DNA from: an uncultured Gammaproteobacteria bacterium
GTDB lineage: Bacteria; Cyanobacteriota; Vampirovibrionia; JBFMGH01
DNA length: 64,000 bases
NCBI GenBank assembly: GCA_964517135.1
Contig: CAZFBA010000002.1
Location: forward strand, 89,267-153,266
Direction of reading: 5' to 3'
How positions within the stretch are numbered: position 1 is the first letter of the stretch; each line of letters begins with the position of its first letter. A model generated the notes under the pieces. The model saw only the letters and a list, made by a program, of their open reading frames with translations. It had not been told where the DNA came from and did not search any database. The position numbers and the translations under genes are program-made. Below are positions 9,351-19,242 of the stretch, in pieces.

Positions 9351-10046
9351 TTGATTAAGACTATAAGGGTCAAGAGGATCATAAGAGGCTTTTTGCTGGC
9401 CAGGATTTAAAGACATTGCGGCTTGATTTGCACGTGATGGAGCTGTCCCCGCAAATGGACTGAAGTGCGGGCTAGTTGAATCACCTATTCTATATTCTGT
9501 ATTAAAGCTGTTTAAAGCTGGTGTTAAATTATTTTTAGTGAAAAGCGGTACCACCTTTTGTTTTACAAAATGAGAAACGAGTGGACCTGCTACAGATGCA
9601 CCAACTGCAAAGGCACAAATACTCTGGAATGGCCCTTTAAGGTTCATTAGCTTAGCAGCACCCTGCGCAGCCATACCGCTGAACCACCATGTCGCATGAT
9701 TAATAGCGGTATCTCTTTTCTCCTGTGGAGTATTTTTCTGTGCTACCTGATAAAGCCCTATCGTACCTGCAATAGCAGGTAGTAAATAATATGGAAGTAC
9801 CTTATTTAAATGCATTGTTGCTAGTGCTGCACCTCCAGCCCAGCTAACAAGAGTGTTTGTAAGTAAATCATTTCTTTTTTGCGGATCCTTCTCAGTGCCA
9901 AGCTTATAAGCCATATTGCCAATAATCAGCCCAGGCAAGACAAGTCTGCCAGGAGGTATGTTATAAAGACCTGATGCTGCCTGTCTCACTGTTTGTGAGG
10001 AGGCAGTTAATCCTGCTGCTGCTGGTATCTTGCTTACACTGACCAT
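9324..10046 (-). CDS. Hypothetical protein (240 aa), Gly/Ala-rich with possible membrane segments
   Basis: ORF with an ATG start that overlaps the 3' end of the GT-C gene convergently. No recognisable motif. Confidence 0.4.
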   Translation of the reverse strand: MVSVSKIPAAAGLTASSQTVRQAASGLYNIPPGRLVLPGLIIGNMAYKLGTEKDPQKRNDLLTNTLVSWAGGAALATMHLNKVLPYYLLPAIAGTIGLYQVAQKNTPQEKRDTAINHATWWFSGMAAQGAAKLMNLKGPFQSICAFAVGASVAGPLVSHFVKQKVVPLFTKNNLTPALNSFNTEYRIGDSTSPHFSPFAGTAPSRANQAAMSLNPGQQKASYDPLDPYSLNQLIPGGFLK

Positions 10047-10158
10047 ATGAGAGAGAATTTCCTTTTACTCGTTTCAAGTATATAATGATTGTGAAACTAA
10101 AAAATTGCGCTAAATCGTTAATTCTTACCCGTTATTTTAACTTATTTTAACATTTGTT

Positions 10159-10806
10159 ATGAAAGAAGAAGCCTCTACAAACAAAAGAGAACAGCTTGTT
10201 AAGAGCCTGAAACTTAAAGGAATCAGAGATAAAACTGTGCTGGATGCCATGATGAAAGTTCCCAGACATGCTTTTATAGATGAAAGCATCTGGATTGATC
10301 CATATGAAGATGCCCCCCAGCCAATAGGAGACGGACAGACTATATCACAACCCTATATTGTGGCTTTGATGACTGAATATTTAAAACTAAAAGGCAATGA
10401 AAGGGTTCTTGAGCTCGGTACGGGCTGTGGATATCAAACAGCCATTTTATGTGAACTGGCAGCAGAAGTTTATTCCATAGAGAGGATAAATAATTTATAC
10501 AAAAAGTCTAAAATCAATTTAGATAAATTAGGGTACTCTAATTATTATCTTAAGCAGGATGATGGTACAACAGGCTGGGCAGAAAAAGCACCTTTTGATG
10601 CAATTATTGTTACAGCAGCTTCTCCTGAAGTGCCACCACCCCTTCTGGAACAATTAAATATAAATGGCCGGCTGATTATACCTGTAGGCAAAGGCTCACC
10701 ACAGGACCTTATAGGTATTATACGGCATTCTGATGGCTATAAGAAAGAATACATATGTGGTGTCTATTTTGTTCCATTGATTGGCGAACATGCTTGGAAA
10801 AAATGA
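10159..10806 (+). CDS. pcm: Protein-L-isoaspartate O-methyltransferase
   Basis: DGQTISQPYIVALMTEYL and VLELGTGCGYQTAIL (SAM-binding motif I) are typical of PCMT. Confidence 0.9.
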   Translation: MKEEASTNKREQLVKSLKLKGIRDKTVLDAMMKVPRHAFIDESIWIDPYEDAPQPIGDGQTISQPYIVALMTEYLKLKGNERVLELGTGCGYQTAILCELAAEVYSIERINNLYKKSKINLDKLGYSNYYLKQDDGTTGWAEKAPFDAIIVTAASPEVPPPLLEQLNINGRLIIPVGKGSPQDLIGIIRHSDGYKKEYICGVYFVPLIGEHAWKK

Positions 10807-11195
10807 ATACATCTCTTTTTAAAGTGGCTATTTTTTTGATACAATTAAAACTTAATTGATCTTATAGTTCTTGTTGTACGGGTTTTGTTTTCTGAGAAAA
10901 TTTTTTCACCTCCCAAACATTATTTTTAATATTAATAGCACTAAGATTGTCATATAAAATGGTAAAAATTTAATAATATTTTAATTTTTCCTCTTATAAA
11001 ACGGTTTAAAAATTTACTATTCTTAAAATCTACTAAATTTGTAAAAAATAATTAAAATTTTGTATAAATGTGGAATAGAAATTATCGTTTCAGATCATTT
11101 GGCTTTATACTAGATATAGATATCAAAATTTTGATAATTTTGAAAATCTCTTTAAAACAAACTGGTTTGAATTTTTTTAGGAGGTTTATAATAAT

Positions 11196-11564
11196 ATGGA
11201 GCTTAAACAGGGCGACCTTGAAAATATTATACTTAATGCACTCTGGTTAATGGAAGAAGAAGATCAGGAAAAGATCGATGTCAGAGATGTTCAGGAAAGA
11301 ATAAGAACTGAAGATCAAAGCTGGGCTTATACTACGGTGAAAACCGTCCTTGACAGACTCGTTGACAAAGAACTGGTTCTAAGAATGAAAGATGGTAAGA
11401 AATACCTTTACCGTACTGTGATTACACGTGAACAAGCTGGCGAGGATGCTATTAAAAAGCTCGTTAAACAATACTTCCGCAATAATTTTACAGACCTGAT
11501 TTCATGCGCTGAACGCGTGGGTTTTACTCAGGCAGAGGCTAAGTCATTAGTCTCTATGTCTTGA
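11196..11564 (+). CDS. BlaI/MecI/CopY-family winged-helix transcriptional repressor; orphan (no BlaR1-type sensor adjacent)
   Basis: The LExxIMxxLW ... AYTTVxTxLxRLxxKxxV ... GKKYLY pattern of the penicillinase-repressor family, and a length of 122 aa. A 14-bp perfect palindrome ATCAAAATTTTGAT lies 60 bp upstream. Confidence 0.65.
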   Translation: MELKQGDLENIILNALWLMEEEDQEKIDVRDVQERIRTEDQSWAYTTVKTVLDRLVDKELVLRMKDGKKYLYRTVITREQAGEDAIKKLVKQYFRNNFTDLISCAERVGFTQAEAKSLVSMS

Positions 11565-11629
11565 TAAAAGATAATTTTTATTTATTGTTCTCTTTCTATG
11601 ACTCAATTTAAAGGCTATTAACCGTTAAC

Positions 11630-11836
11630 ATGAAGCGTTATGTTAACAAAATGAGTTTATTACTGGGTATTCAGCATCCAGAAGCTGGATGTAGCTGTTA
11701 TAGTGACTTTGAAATGGAAGAAGAATTCCTATGTGATCTGTGTCTTGCCCGGTTAAAGAAACATAGAGCACGGGTTAAACATGAACTGCGTAGAGAGGCA
11801 AAACATAAGTATAAAAAGAGATTTTCTGAAAGCTGA
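11630..11836 (+). CDS. Small Cys-containing basic protein (68 aa), possible zinc-ribbon protein
   Basis: CSC..x14..CDLC spacing and a Lys/Arg-rich C-terminus. Confidence 0.35.
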   Translation: MKRYVNKMSLLLGIQHPEAGCSCYSDFEMEEEFLCDLCLARLKKHRARVKHELRREAKHKYKKRFSES

Positions 11837-12207
11837 TGTTGAATATACTTGTTATACCACCTGATGTAGCTTTTTATGCTAAAGATATTCTTTCTTTAAT
11901 TGAAGAAATTAAAGCAGTGTATCCTGAAAGTTCTGTATCTGTTGTAGTTAGCCTTTCTACGTATGACAGTTATTACAATAGTCAGTATGTGGATGGACTT
12001 ATAATAGAACCAGAGTCTTTACTTAAAAGGCTTAGCTGCATTTTGACCTCTCATTATCCGCTGGCTCTGGTAGCAAGAGATGATTTTATCTGGAAAATTA
12101 TTCTTTTTAAAGCCCGGATAAAGTACAGGTTAAACTTAAAGAGCTATCTGGATAATACCAACAAAAAAGCTGTTATTAATTCTATAACAGCCTTAAATCT
12201 TACTTAG
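11836..12207 (+). CDS. Hypothetical protein (123 aa)
   Basis: Translationally coupled to the preceding small ORF through an ATGA overlap. No confident homology. Confidence 0.35.
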   Translation: MLNILVIPPDVAFYAKDILSLIEEIKAVYPESSVSVVVSLSTYDSYYNSQYVDGLIIEPESLLKRLSCILTSHYPLALVARDDFIWKIILFKARIKYRLNLKSYLDNTNKKAVINSITALNLT

Positions 12208-12221
12208 TTCTTTTGATAGTG

Positions 12222-12815
12222 CTAGTATTGTGTAGCTTTTAAGAATTCTACTATTCTTTTCCCTAACAATGCAGCAGTATTAGAGGATATCTCATATTCA
12301 TTAGAGCCTATCTGTGAATTTGTTATGGTGTCGACACCTCCAAGGTATACCATATTACAGAATTTGGCGCTTTCTTCCATCATTTTGAACACAGGATAAG
12401 ACATTGAATAACTGGGGTTAGCATGTGATGTAACTATAGCAAGACCTTTGCCATCAAGGTTAAGTTTACCCTTGGTGTCTGAAAAGTCATACCAGCGATC
12501 CATAAAGTTTTTCATCATTCCACTGACGGTGAACCAGTAGATCGGTGTTGCCAGAATGACTACTCTACTGGTCATTATCATGGGTATAAGTTCTTTCATT
12601 CCATCATCTGGTATTGTTTGCTCTGTGCTTTCAACGAAACTTCTTGCCAGTGGCTTTATTTCAAAGTTATAAAGATCTACCCTGTTAAGGTTCATATGTT
12701 CTTCTTTATGTGCGTTGAAACCGTCTATGACTCTATTGAGCAGCCAGCTGGTTGAACCGCCTGATCTTGCTGAGCCAAGAAATGCTGTAACATTTTTTAT
12801 CGTGGAATCTGACAT
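12222..12815 (-). CDS. Flavodoxin-fold NAD(P)H-dependent FMN reductase / NAD(P)H oxidoreductase family protein
   Basis: The N-terminal FLGSARSGGSTS pattern and overall ~200-aa flavodoxin-like organisation. Confidence 0.6.
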   Translation of the reverse strand: MSDSTIKNVTAFLGSARSGGSTSWLLNRVIDGFNAHKEEHMNLNRVDLYNFEIKPLARSFVESTEQTIPDDGMKELIPMIMTSRVVILATPIYWFTVSGMMKNFMDRWYDFSDTKGKLNLDGKGLAIVTSHANPSYSMSYPVFKMMEESAKFCNMVYLGGVDTITNSQIGSNEYEISSNTAALLGKRIVEFLKATQY

Positions 12816-12900
12816 GTTTAAACCTCTCTTTTATTTGATTCTGTTTTCAATATGATACCATTGAACCTGTGATAACTAAAAAAACTTAACATTTTGCGGT

Positions 12901-13437
12901 TTAAAGAAAGAGTATCTGACATATGAATAAAGAAGCCAGTATGCCTGTTACATCAGCAATAAGCCCGGCCGGAACAGCATGCCTCGTTTTGTATATACCG
13001 ACAGCACCGAAATAAACAGCCAGAACGTAGAAAGTAGTTTCAGTACTGCCAGTCATAGTTGCGGCTAACCAGCCTATATATGAATCTTTAGGGTTAGATT
13101 CAACAATATGGCTCATTATAGCAAAAGATCCGTTGCCTGAAAGAGGTTTGACAATCGCCAGAGGAAGAGCATCTACTGGCATGCCTATAATACTAAGTAC
13201 TGGTGATAGCCATGTGGCAAGAAGTTCAATAGCTCCTGATGCTCTAAACATCCCTATTGCAACCAGTATAGCAACCAGATAAGGTATAATTCTTACAGCA
13301 ACATTAAAGCCATCTTTTGCACCTTCAACAAATGATTCATACACTTTTACTTTCATAAAAGAAGCATATATAAGAACGATAGTAATAATGAATGGTATGG
13401 CAAGTAAAGATATTGTATTTAATACTTCTCTAAACAT
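12901..13437 (-). CDS. spmB: Spore-maturation-protein-B-like membrane protein (nucleoside-recognition / Gate domain)
   Basis: A polytopic membrane protein that overlaps the upstream spmA-like gene. SpmB-like hydrophobic pattern. Confidence 0.6.
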   Translation of the reverse strand: MFREVLNTISLLAIPFIITIVLIYASFMKVKVYESFVEGAKDGFNVAVRIIPYLVAILVAIGMFRASGAIELLATWLSPVLSIIGMPVDALPLAIVKPLSGNGSFAIMSHIVESNPKDSYIGWLAATMTGSTETTFYVLAVYFGAVGIYKTRHAVPAGLIADVTGILASLFICQILFL

Positions 13438-14047
13438 TGGCTTTTTCTTCTGTATAATTTGAAACGCTAAATAAAGGTAGTTTTTCCAGTAATTTTACAG
13501 CTATAATAGCTGCTATGGTCGAAACTACACTGGCAAAAATAGTTGCTCCTATTAGCTGTGTAGGATTTGTGTAGCCTGCCTGTCTCAAAATACCTATGGC
13601 CATAATGGGTATTAGCTGAACACTGGATGTGTTAATAGCCAGGAAGGTACACATAGAATTTGTAGCTATGCCTTTATGCTTGTTAAGCTTGTTAAGGTCT
13701 TCCATGGCTCTGATTCCAAGCGGTGTAGCAGCGTTACCCAGCCCCAGCATATTGGCAGTGATGTTCATAACCATTGAGCCTATCGCAGGGTGATCAGAAG
13801 GGATATCGGGGAACAACTTAACAGCAATGGGTTTAACCAGTTTGCTTATAAGCGTTATGAGCTTTGCATCTTCAGCTATTTTCATTATACCCAGCCAGAA
13901 AGCCATTAACCCGATCAGCCCTATTGCCAGTGTGACTGCCGTTGATGCTGATTCAAAGGCGGCTTCTGTTACCTCTTCTATACGTCCGTTTAAGGCTCCA
14001 AAAATAATTGCGCTGAGTATAAAGAAAAGCCAGATATAATTGAGCAT
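13430..14047 (-). CDS. spmA: Spore-maturation-protein-A-like membrane protein (nucleoside-recognition domain)
   Basis: The MLNYIWLFFILSAIIFGALNG start and Gate-domain hydrophobic pattern. It forms the classic spmA-spmB pair. Confidence 0.6.
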   Translation of the reverse strand: MLNYIWLFFILSAIIFGALNGRIEEVTEAAFESASTAVTLAIGLIGLMAFWLGIMKIAEDAKLITLISKLVKPIAVKLFPDIPSDHPAIGSMVMNITANMLGLGNAATPLGIRAMEDLNKLNKHKGIATNSMCTFLAINTSSVQLIPIMAIGILRQAGYTNPTQLIGATIFASVVSTIAAIIAVKLLEKLPLFSVSNYTEEKANV

Positions 14048-14187
14048 TTCGTTTTTCCTGCTTTAATTTTTCAGGGCTTCATTATAATATACTAAAAAAT
14101 GATATTTGAAAAAAACTTTTTTTGATACCTTTTAAACAGTTTAATTTGAGGAGTTAAAAACTGTTTTCTCATTTCTGGAAATATGTT

Positions 14188-14790
14188 TTGCTGATTTTGT
14201 TTTTGCCGTTGATTATTATAGCGGCTAAAGGGCAGGTTCATATAGAAGTAACACCCTCTTCTCCCTTTGAAAAACAGCTTCCTGAGCTCAGTAGACCTGC
14301 TGAAGATATGGTATATGACCCGGAATACGTAAATTTAAAAAAGGGTGAAAAATTGTTGCAAGATCATCAGCAGGGCTCTAAAACATTTGTTTATCAGCCA
14401 AAAGAAGCTTTTAAACTTGTTGTTACTAAAAGAAAATATCCTAAAATATTGCCCGGCAAAGATATACAAGGTGTTGTTTCTTTGAGAATTACGCCTGATT
14501 ATCTTGCTACAAGTGAGGTTATCTTTCAACGCAAACCATACAGATTTGATAGACTTAGCTGGGCTATAAAAACTGGCTGGAACGATACAATACCATATTT
14601 TAGCAGGTTGTCATCCTTTAAAAAATATCTGAAACCATTTGATGTACCTGTATATGCTCATTTTTACATACGGGGAGTAAAAGAGTATCCTGAATATCCT
14701 GGCCAGTACTATCACTGGCCACGTGAGGCTCTTGAAGACTACTATCTGTACATATTAGAGAAAATTGATACCGTTGCATCTCAAAATTAG
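14188..14790 (+). CDS. Hypothetical exported protein (200 aa)
   Basis: TTG start followed by a hydrophobic signal-like N-terminus. Tyr/Pro-rich C-terminal part with no known motif. Confidence 0.4.
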   Translation: MLILFLPLIIIAAKGQVHIEVTPSSPFEKQLPELSRPAEDMVYDPEYVNLKKGEKLLQDHQQGSKTFVYQPKEAFKLVVTKRKYPKILPGKDIQGVVSLRITPDYLATSEVIFQRKPYRFDRLSWAIKTGWNDTIPYFSRLSSFKKYLKPFDVPVYAHFYIRGVKEYPEYPGQYYHWPREALEDYYLYILEKIDTVASQN

Positions 14791-14866
14791 TTTGTTTGTT
14801 AAGCGTAATAATCATGATATAATTTTTTTACGTATGGATACTATAGAAAGGGTTGGAATAACTGTT

Positions 14867-15709
14867 ATGAGAGGAATTAAAGACTTTTTGGTGCCTAACA
14901 GTCTTGACTATGCACTGAAACTTCTGGATATTAATCAGGGTAATGCTCTTGTCCTGGGCGGAGGAACTCATCTTGCACTTGTTAAAAACTCAAGCCATGA
15001 GATTATTATAGATATTAAAAGAGCTGGTTTAGGCTATATAAAAGAGGAAAACAACTACATATGTATTGGTTCGGCTGTCAGGGCTGTTGATATAATCAAT
15101 TGTGATCTTTTGAAAGACTTTGCTGGTGATATTTTACAGAATGCTGCTTCTAAGATTGGTTCTCCTTTAACGCAGAATTTGGTTACGGTTGGTGGAAATA
15201 TTTATAGTATGTTTCCATGGTCGAACCTGCCTCCGGCAATGCTTGTGCTTGGTGCTGAAGTTGTGCTGACATCACAGAGTGGTTCCAGAAAAGTCTCTCT
15301 GGAAGAGCTTTTAAAAGCAAACCCCCGTACGTTTGTTAAAAAAGATGAGCTTATTAAAGAGGTATTAATTCCTAAATCTGCTAAGAATATGAAAACAAGC
15401 TATAAAACATTCAGTACGACAGAAAATGACTACGATATGGCTATAGTTGCAGCTGGTTTAGACTTTGATGGCAAACAATGTAAGAAAGCCAGTATTGCGG
15501 TTGGGGCAGCTGTGTCTCCTGCTTCGCTTTTGAAAACATCTGGTGTTATTCTGGAAGGCAAAGAAATAACTTCTGAGCTTATTAAAGAATCTTCTGAAAA
15601 GGCTTTTTCAGATGTTAAACTTGTTAAAGATTTTAGAACATCTCAAGAACAGATTGAAGCAACTGTTAAAACTCTTGTAAAAAGAACGTTAGAAGAATGT
15701 AGCAAGTAA
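14867..15709 (+). CDS. FAD-binding subunit of a xanthine-dehydrogenase-family molybdoenzyme (CoxM / XdhB-like)
   Basis: MRGIKDFLVPNSLDYALKLL...LGGGTHL matches the medium-subunit N-terminus. The ORF is open from 14765, so the start is uncertain (14834 or 14867). Confidence 0.75.
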   Translation: MRGIKDFLVPNSLDYALKLLDINQGNALVLGGGTHLALVKNSSHEIIIDIKRAGLGYIKEENNYICIGSAVRAVDIINCDLLKDFAGDILQNAASKIGSPLTQNLVTVGGNIYSMFPWSNLPPAMLVLGAEVVLTSQSGSRKVSLEELLKANPRTFVKKDELIKEVLIPKSAKNMKTSYKTFSTTENDYDMAIVAAGLDFDGKQCKKASIAVGAAVSPASLLKTSGVILEGKEITSELIKESSEKAFSDVKLVKDFRTSQEQIEATVKTLVKRTLEECSK

Positions 15710-15720
15710 AGGTTTCGAAC

Positions 15721-16188
15721 ATGAAAGTTAAATTGAATATTAATGGTGTTGATAAAGACTTAACTATTGAACCTGGGGAAATATTATTACATACATTGAG
15801 GAATAATGGTTATTATGGTCCAAAGCATGCTTGTTCTACTGGTGATTGTGGTGCATGTACAGTAATTATGGATGGAGAAGCTGTTAATTCTTGTCTTGTT
15901 TTTACGGCAAGTGCTGAGGGCAAAAAAATAACCACTATAGAGGGCATTGGAACAGTCTCTAATCCTCATCCACTCCAGCAGACTTTTGTTGAAGAAGGTG
16001 CTGTGCAGTGTGGTTACTGTATTCCTGGTATGATATTATCTGCTAAAGTCCTTCTGGATAAGAATATTAATCCGTCAGAAGAAGAGGTTAAAACAGCTTT
16101 AAGCGGTAATCTATGCCGTTGTACAGGTTATGTAAAGCAGATAAAGGCTGTTATTAAGGCTGCTGAAACAATGAGAGGGGGGCAATAA
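15721..16188 (+). CDS. [2Fe-2S]-binding small subunit of a xanthine-dehydrogenase-family molybdoenzyme (CoxS-like)
   Basis: Cysteine motifs CSTGDCGACTV, CGYCIPGM and CRCTGY. Confidence 0.9.
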   Translation: MKVKLNINGVDKDLTIEPGEILLHTLRNNGYYGPKHACSTGDCGACTVIMDGEAVNSCLVFTASAEGKKITTIEGIGTVSNPHPLQQTFVEEGAVQCGYCIPGMILSAKVLLDKNINPSEEEVKTALSGNLCRCTGYVKQIKAVIKAAETMRGGQ

Positions 16189-18506
16189 TGCTAAACAAGT
16201 TTAAAGTTGTAAATAAAAGCGTTAAAAAGGTTGATGGCCTGTCTTTAGCCTGTGGGAAACCAGTATTTGCAGGAGATATGGACTCAAGAGGCTTGTTATG
16301 TGTTAAAATTCTCACATCAACAAAGGCTCATGCAAGAATAAAACATATTGATATTTCTAAAGCAGAGGCTTTACCTGGTGTTTATTGTGTTCTATGTCAT
16401 ACAAACGTTCCCCGTGTGCCAAGGACAACGGCAGGACAGGGTTATCCGGAGCCTTCTCCATATGATTCAGTTATGTTTGATAATAAAGTCAGGTTTGTTG
16501 GTGACAGGGTTGCAGCTGTAGCAGCAGAAACAGAAGAGATTGCAGAAGAAGCACTCAAGCTTATTGATGTAGAGTATGATATTTTAGAGCCTGTTTTAGA
16601 TCCAAAGAAAGCTATGGCTGATGGTGCACCTGTTATTCATGATCAGGATGACTGCAAGGTAATTATTCCAATTGCCTATGAGCCTCAAAAGAATATTTGT
16701 GCATACGTTGATGCCGTAGTTGGAGATACAGAAAAAGCATTTGCAGGGTCAGATTATGTTTTTGAAGGTGAATTTCATGCTCCTAAAGCCCAGCATTGTG
16801 CTACTGAACCTCATGTATCATCTGCACATCTCGATGATAAAGATAGAATAATTATTGTTACCAGTACACAGGTGCCTTTTCACGTTCGTCGTATTGTGGC
16901 ACAGACGCTTCAGCTTCCTATAAAGAAAATTAGGGTTATAAAACCCCGTGTTGGTGGTGCTTTTGGTAGCAAGCAAGAAATGTGTTTTGAGGATATTGTT
17001 GCCATGGTGACCCTGCGTACAGGGCGTTCATGTATGCTTAAATACACACGTGAAGAGGTTTTTGTTTCTTCTCGTATACGTCATGAGCAATATGTGACCC
17101 TTAAAGGTGGCCTTAATAAAGATGGTAAAATAACAGGCTTTGATATGTATGTTTTAAGTAACACAGGTGCCTATGGTTCACATGGTTTAACAGTTATGTG
17201 TAACTGTGGAAGTAAGGTTTTACCGCTTTATCCTGCTGAAAATCTGACTTTCAGGGGGCATGCAGTTTATACTAATTCTCCTGTTGCTGGTGCATACAGA
17301 GGGTATGGTGCTACACAGGCTGCTTTCGCTATGGAAGTTATAATTGACCAGATGGCTGAAAAGCTTGGTGTTGATCCTGTTGATTTCAGGCTGTCTCATC
17401 ACATTAAAGAAGGCCAGGGTTCACCTATTTTTCAGGCTCTAGGAGAAGGAAGAGAAGGCGTTGAGCAGAAAGTTAAATCTTGTGGTCTGCCAGATTGCAT
17501 AAAGCTGGGGGCAGAAGAGATAAACTGGAAACAAAAATACTATAAATCAAAAGATAACGGTACTATTAAACGAGGTATTGGTATGGCAGCCCTGATGCAG
17601 GGTTCATCAATACCTGAAATTGACATGGCTTCAGCTTCTATTAAGATGAATGAAGATGGTTCATTCAACCTGCTGGTAGGTGCAACAGATCTTGGTACTG
17701 GTAGTGATACTGTATTAGCGCAGATTGCTGCTGAAAATCTTGGTATAAGTGAAGAAGATATTATTGTTTATTCTTCTGATACAGATATGACGCCTTTTGA
17801 CGTTGGGGCTTATGCTTCTTCAACTACCTATCTCTCTGGTATGGCAGTTAAAAATGCTGCTGATATCGTTAAAGCACAGATTATTAGTGTTGTTAAAGAA
17901 ATGCTTAATGAAACTGACTCTGAATTTGAGTTTGATGATGGCATGATCAAGTCACTGACTTCAGGGAAAGAACTTGCGATGTCAGATGTAGCATTAAGGG
18001 CAATGTATCAAGAGAATCAGTTTCAGATTGGTGCTATTGGCTCTGCTATAAGTCATTCTTCACCCCCCCCATTTGCTGCGCACTTTGTAGAGGTTGAAGT
18101 AGATACTGAAACAGGTAAAGTAACGGTACTTAAATATGTTGCTGCTGTAGATTGTGGTACTGCTATTAATCCTAAACTGGCAGAAGGACAGACTGAAGGA
18201 GCTGTTTTAAATGGTATTAGTTATGCATTGACTGAAAATTACATATTGAATGATCAGGGCCGTATGTTGAATCCGAATTTCAGACATTACAAAACTCTAA
18301 GGTCAAATGATATTAAAGAATTAAAGACTATTATGGTTCCAACGTATGAGCCTACCGGGCCATATGGTGCAAAAAGTGTATCTGAAATTTCTATAAATGG
18401 TGCTATGCCTGCGATTTCAAATGCTATTTACCATGCGACCGGCGTAAGGCTTTATGACGCTCCATTTACACCTGATAAGGTGTTGAAAGCGCTGAATCAA
18501 AAGTAA
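16188..18506 (+). CDS. Molybdopterin-binding large subunit of a xanthine-dehydrogenase / aldehyde-oxidoreductase-family enzyme
   Basis: A 772-aa protein with the aldehyde oxidase / xanthine dehydrogenase a/b hammerhead and Mo-cofactor-binding regions (GGAFGSK, AYRGYG). Its ATG overlaps the stop of the preceding gene. Confidence 0.85.
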   Translation: MLNKFKVVNKSVKKVDGLSLACGKPVFAGDMDSRGLLCVKILTSTKAHARIKHIDISKAEALPGVYCVLCHTNVPRVPRTTAGQGYPEPSPYDSVMFDNKVRFVGDRVAAVAAETEEIAEEALKLIDVEYDILEPVLDPKKAMADGAPVIHDQDDCKVIIPIAYEPQKNICAYVDAVVGDTEKAFAGSDYVFEGEFHAPKAQHCATEPHVSSAHLDDKDRIIIVTSTQVPFHVRRIVAQTLQLPIKKIRVIKPRVGGAFGSKQEMCFEDIVAMVTLRTGRSCMLKYTREEVFVSSRIRHEQYVTLKGGLNKDGKITGFDMYVLSNTGAYGSHGLTVMCNCGSKVLPLYPAENLTFRGHAVYTNSPVAGAYRGYGATQAAFAMEVIIDQMAEKLGVDPVDFRLSHHIKEGQGSPIFQALGEGREGVEQKVKSCGLPDCIKLGAEEINWKQKYYKSKDNGTIKRGIGMAALMQGSSIPEIDMASASIKMNEDGSFNLLVGATDLGTGSDTVLAQIAAENLGISEEDIIVYSSDTDMTPFDVGAYASSTTYLSGMAVKNAADIVKAQIISVVKEMLNETDSEFEFDDGMIKSLTSGKELAMSDVALRAMYQENQFQIGAIGSAISHSSPPPFAAHFVEVEVDTETGKVTVLKYVAAVDCGTAINPKLAEGQTEGAVLNGISYALTENYILNDQGRMLNPNFRHYKTLRSNDIKELKTIMVPTYEPTGPYGAKSVSEISINGAMPAISNAIYHATGVRLYDAPFTPDKVLKALNQK

Positions 18507-18516
18507 TAGCAAGAAT

Positions 18517-18532
18517 AATACATATGTGTTAT
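18517..18532. repeat. Copy 2 of the dispersed palindromic 16-mer (TAATACATATGTGTTA) at the convergent junction of 16188..18506(+) and 18574..18813(-)
   Basis: Starts 10 nt after the plus-strand stop codon. 15 of 16 positions are palindromic. Confidence 0.8.
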
Positions 18533-18573
18533 GTTCGCCCGGACTGCTTTCGAGGTTCGGGCTTTTAGTTTAT

Positions 18574-18813
18574 TTAGCCTCCACCAGCAGGAAGAAACAA
18601 TGTAATGGCAACCTTGTTTATTAGCTTTGTTTCCAGTGTGGCCCGTTCTCCATTTATAGTTGCCAGTATGAACTTATGATGATCTTCTTTGTATCCGAGC
18701 TGTGTAAGAAGGTCTTTTACAGTTGCATTTTCTTCTATTGTTATCCATTCTTGCTTTTTACCAGAGTGCGATCTGATAACGCCTGAATAGTCTACAAGTA
18801 TCTTGGTGCTCAC
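18574..18813 (-). CDS. MoaD/ThiS-family ubiquitin-like sulfur-carrier protein
   Basis: A 79-aa protein ending in a Gly-Gly C-terminus (PAGGG). GTG start with an aagga RBS. Confidence 0.6.
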   Translation of the reverse strand: MSTKILVDYSGVIRSHSGKKQEWITIEENATVKDLLTQLGYKEDHHKFILATINGERATLETKLINKVAITLFLPAGGG

Positions 18814-19242
18814 TTGATTTATTCCTTTGCTGGCTACTTTATGTAAGTTGATGGTTCAAAACCTGATTTGGTGGTTTGTTTATCATATCACATTATCTAA
18901 AGAAATGTTAAGTTTAAGTCGTCATGTAGCAACAATTTCTTTTCTGGATGTTTTTTACAGTTAGATTTTCAATGTTTTTGTGTTCTTAAAATCTGATAAA
19001 AACCATTATAATCAACTTAATTATGGTTTTTTAATGGGGAATCAACTGTAATAGAACACCTTAGAAGTAATTTTTTAAATTTAATCTGGAGGAAAAAACA
19101 TACAGCTTTTGAATTTACTTTTTATCACTAGATTAAAGGATTAACGTTTTTTCAAGTCAGATAATTTTCTTAATCAGGTTATTTTCAAATATTTAATTTC
19201 TATTATGTACATGATATCAGTTTTACAGCAAATAGTTCATAT

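Noticed and set aside
11068-11250. 60-aa ORF upstream of and overlapping the BlaI-like gene
   Set aside because: It lies in AT-rich promoter DNA and overlaps the BlaI-like start; probably not coding. The region is more likely the operator/promoter, and it contains the ATCAAAATTTTGAT palindrome.
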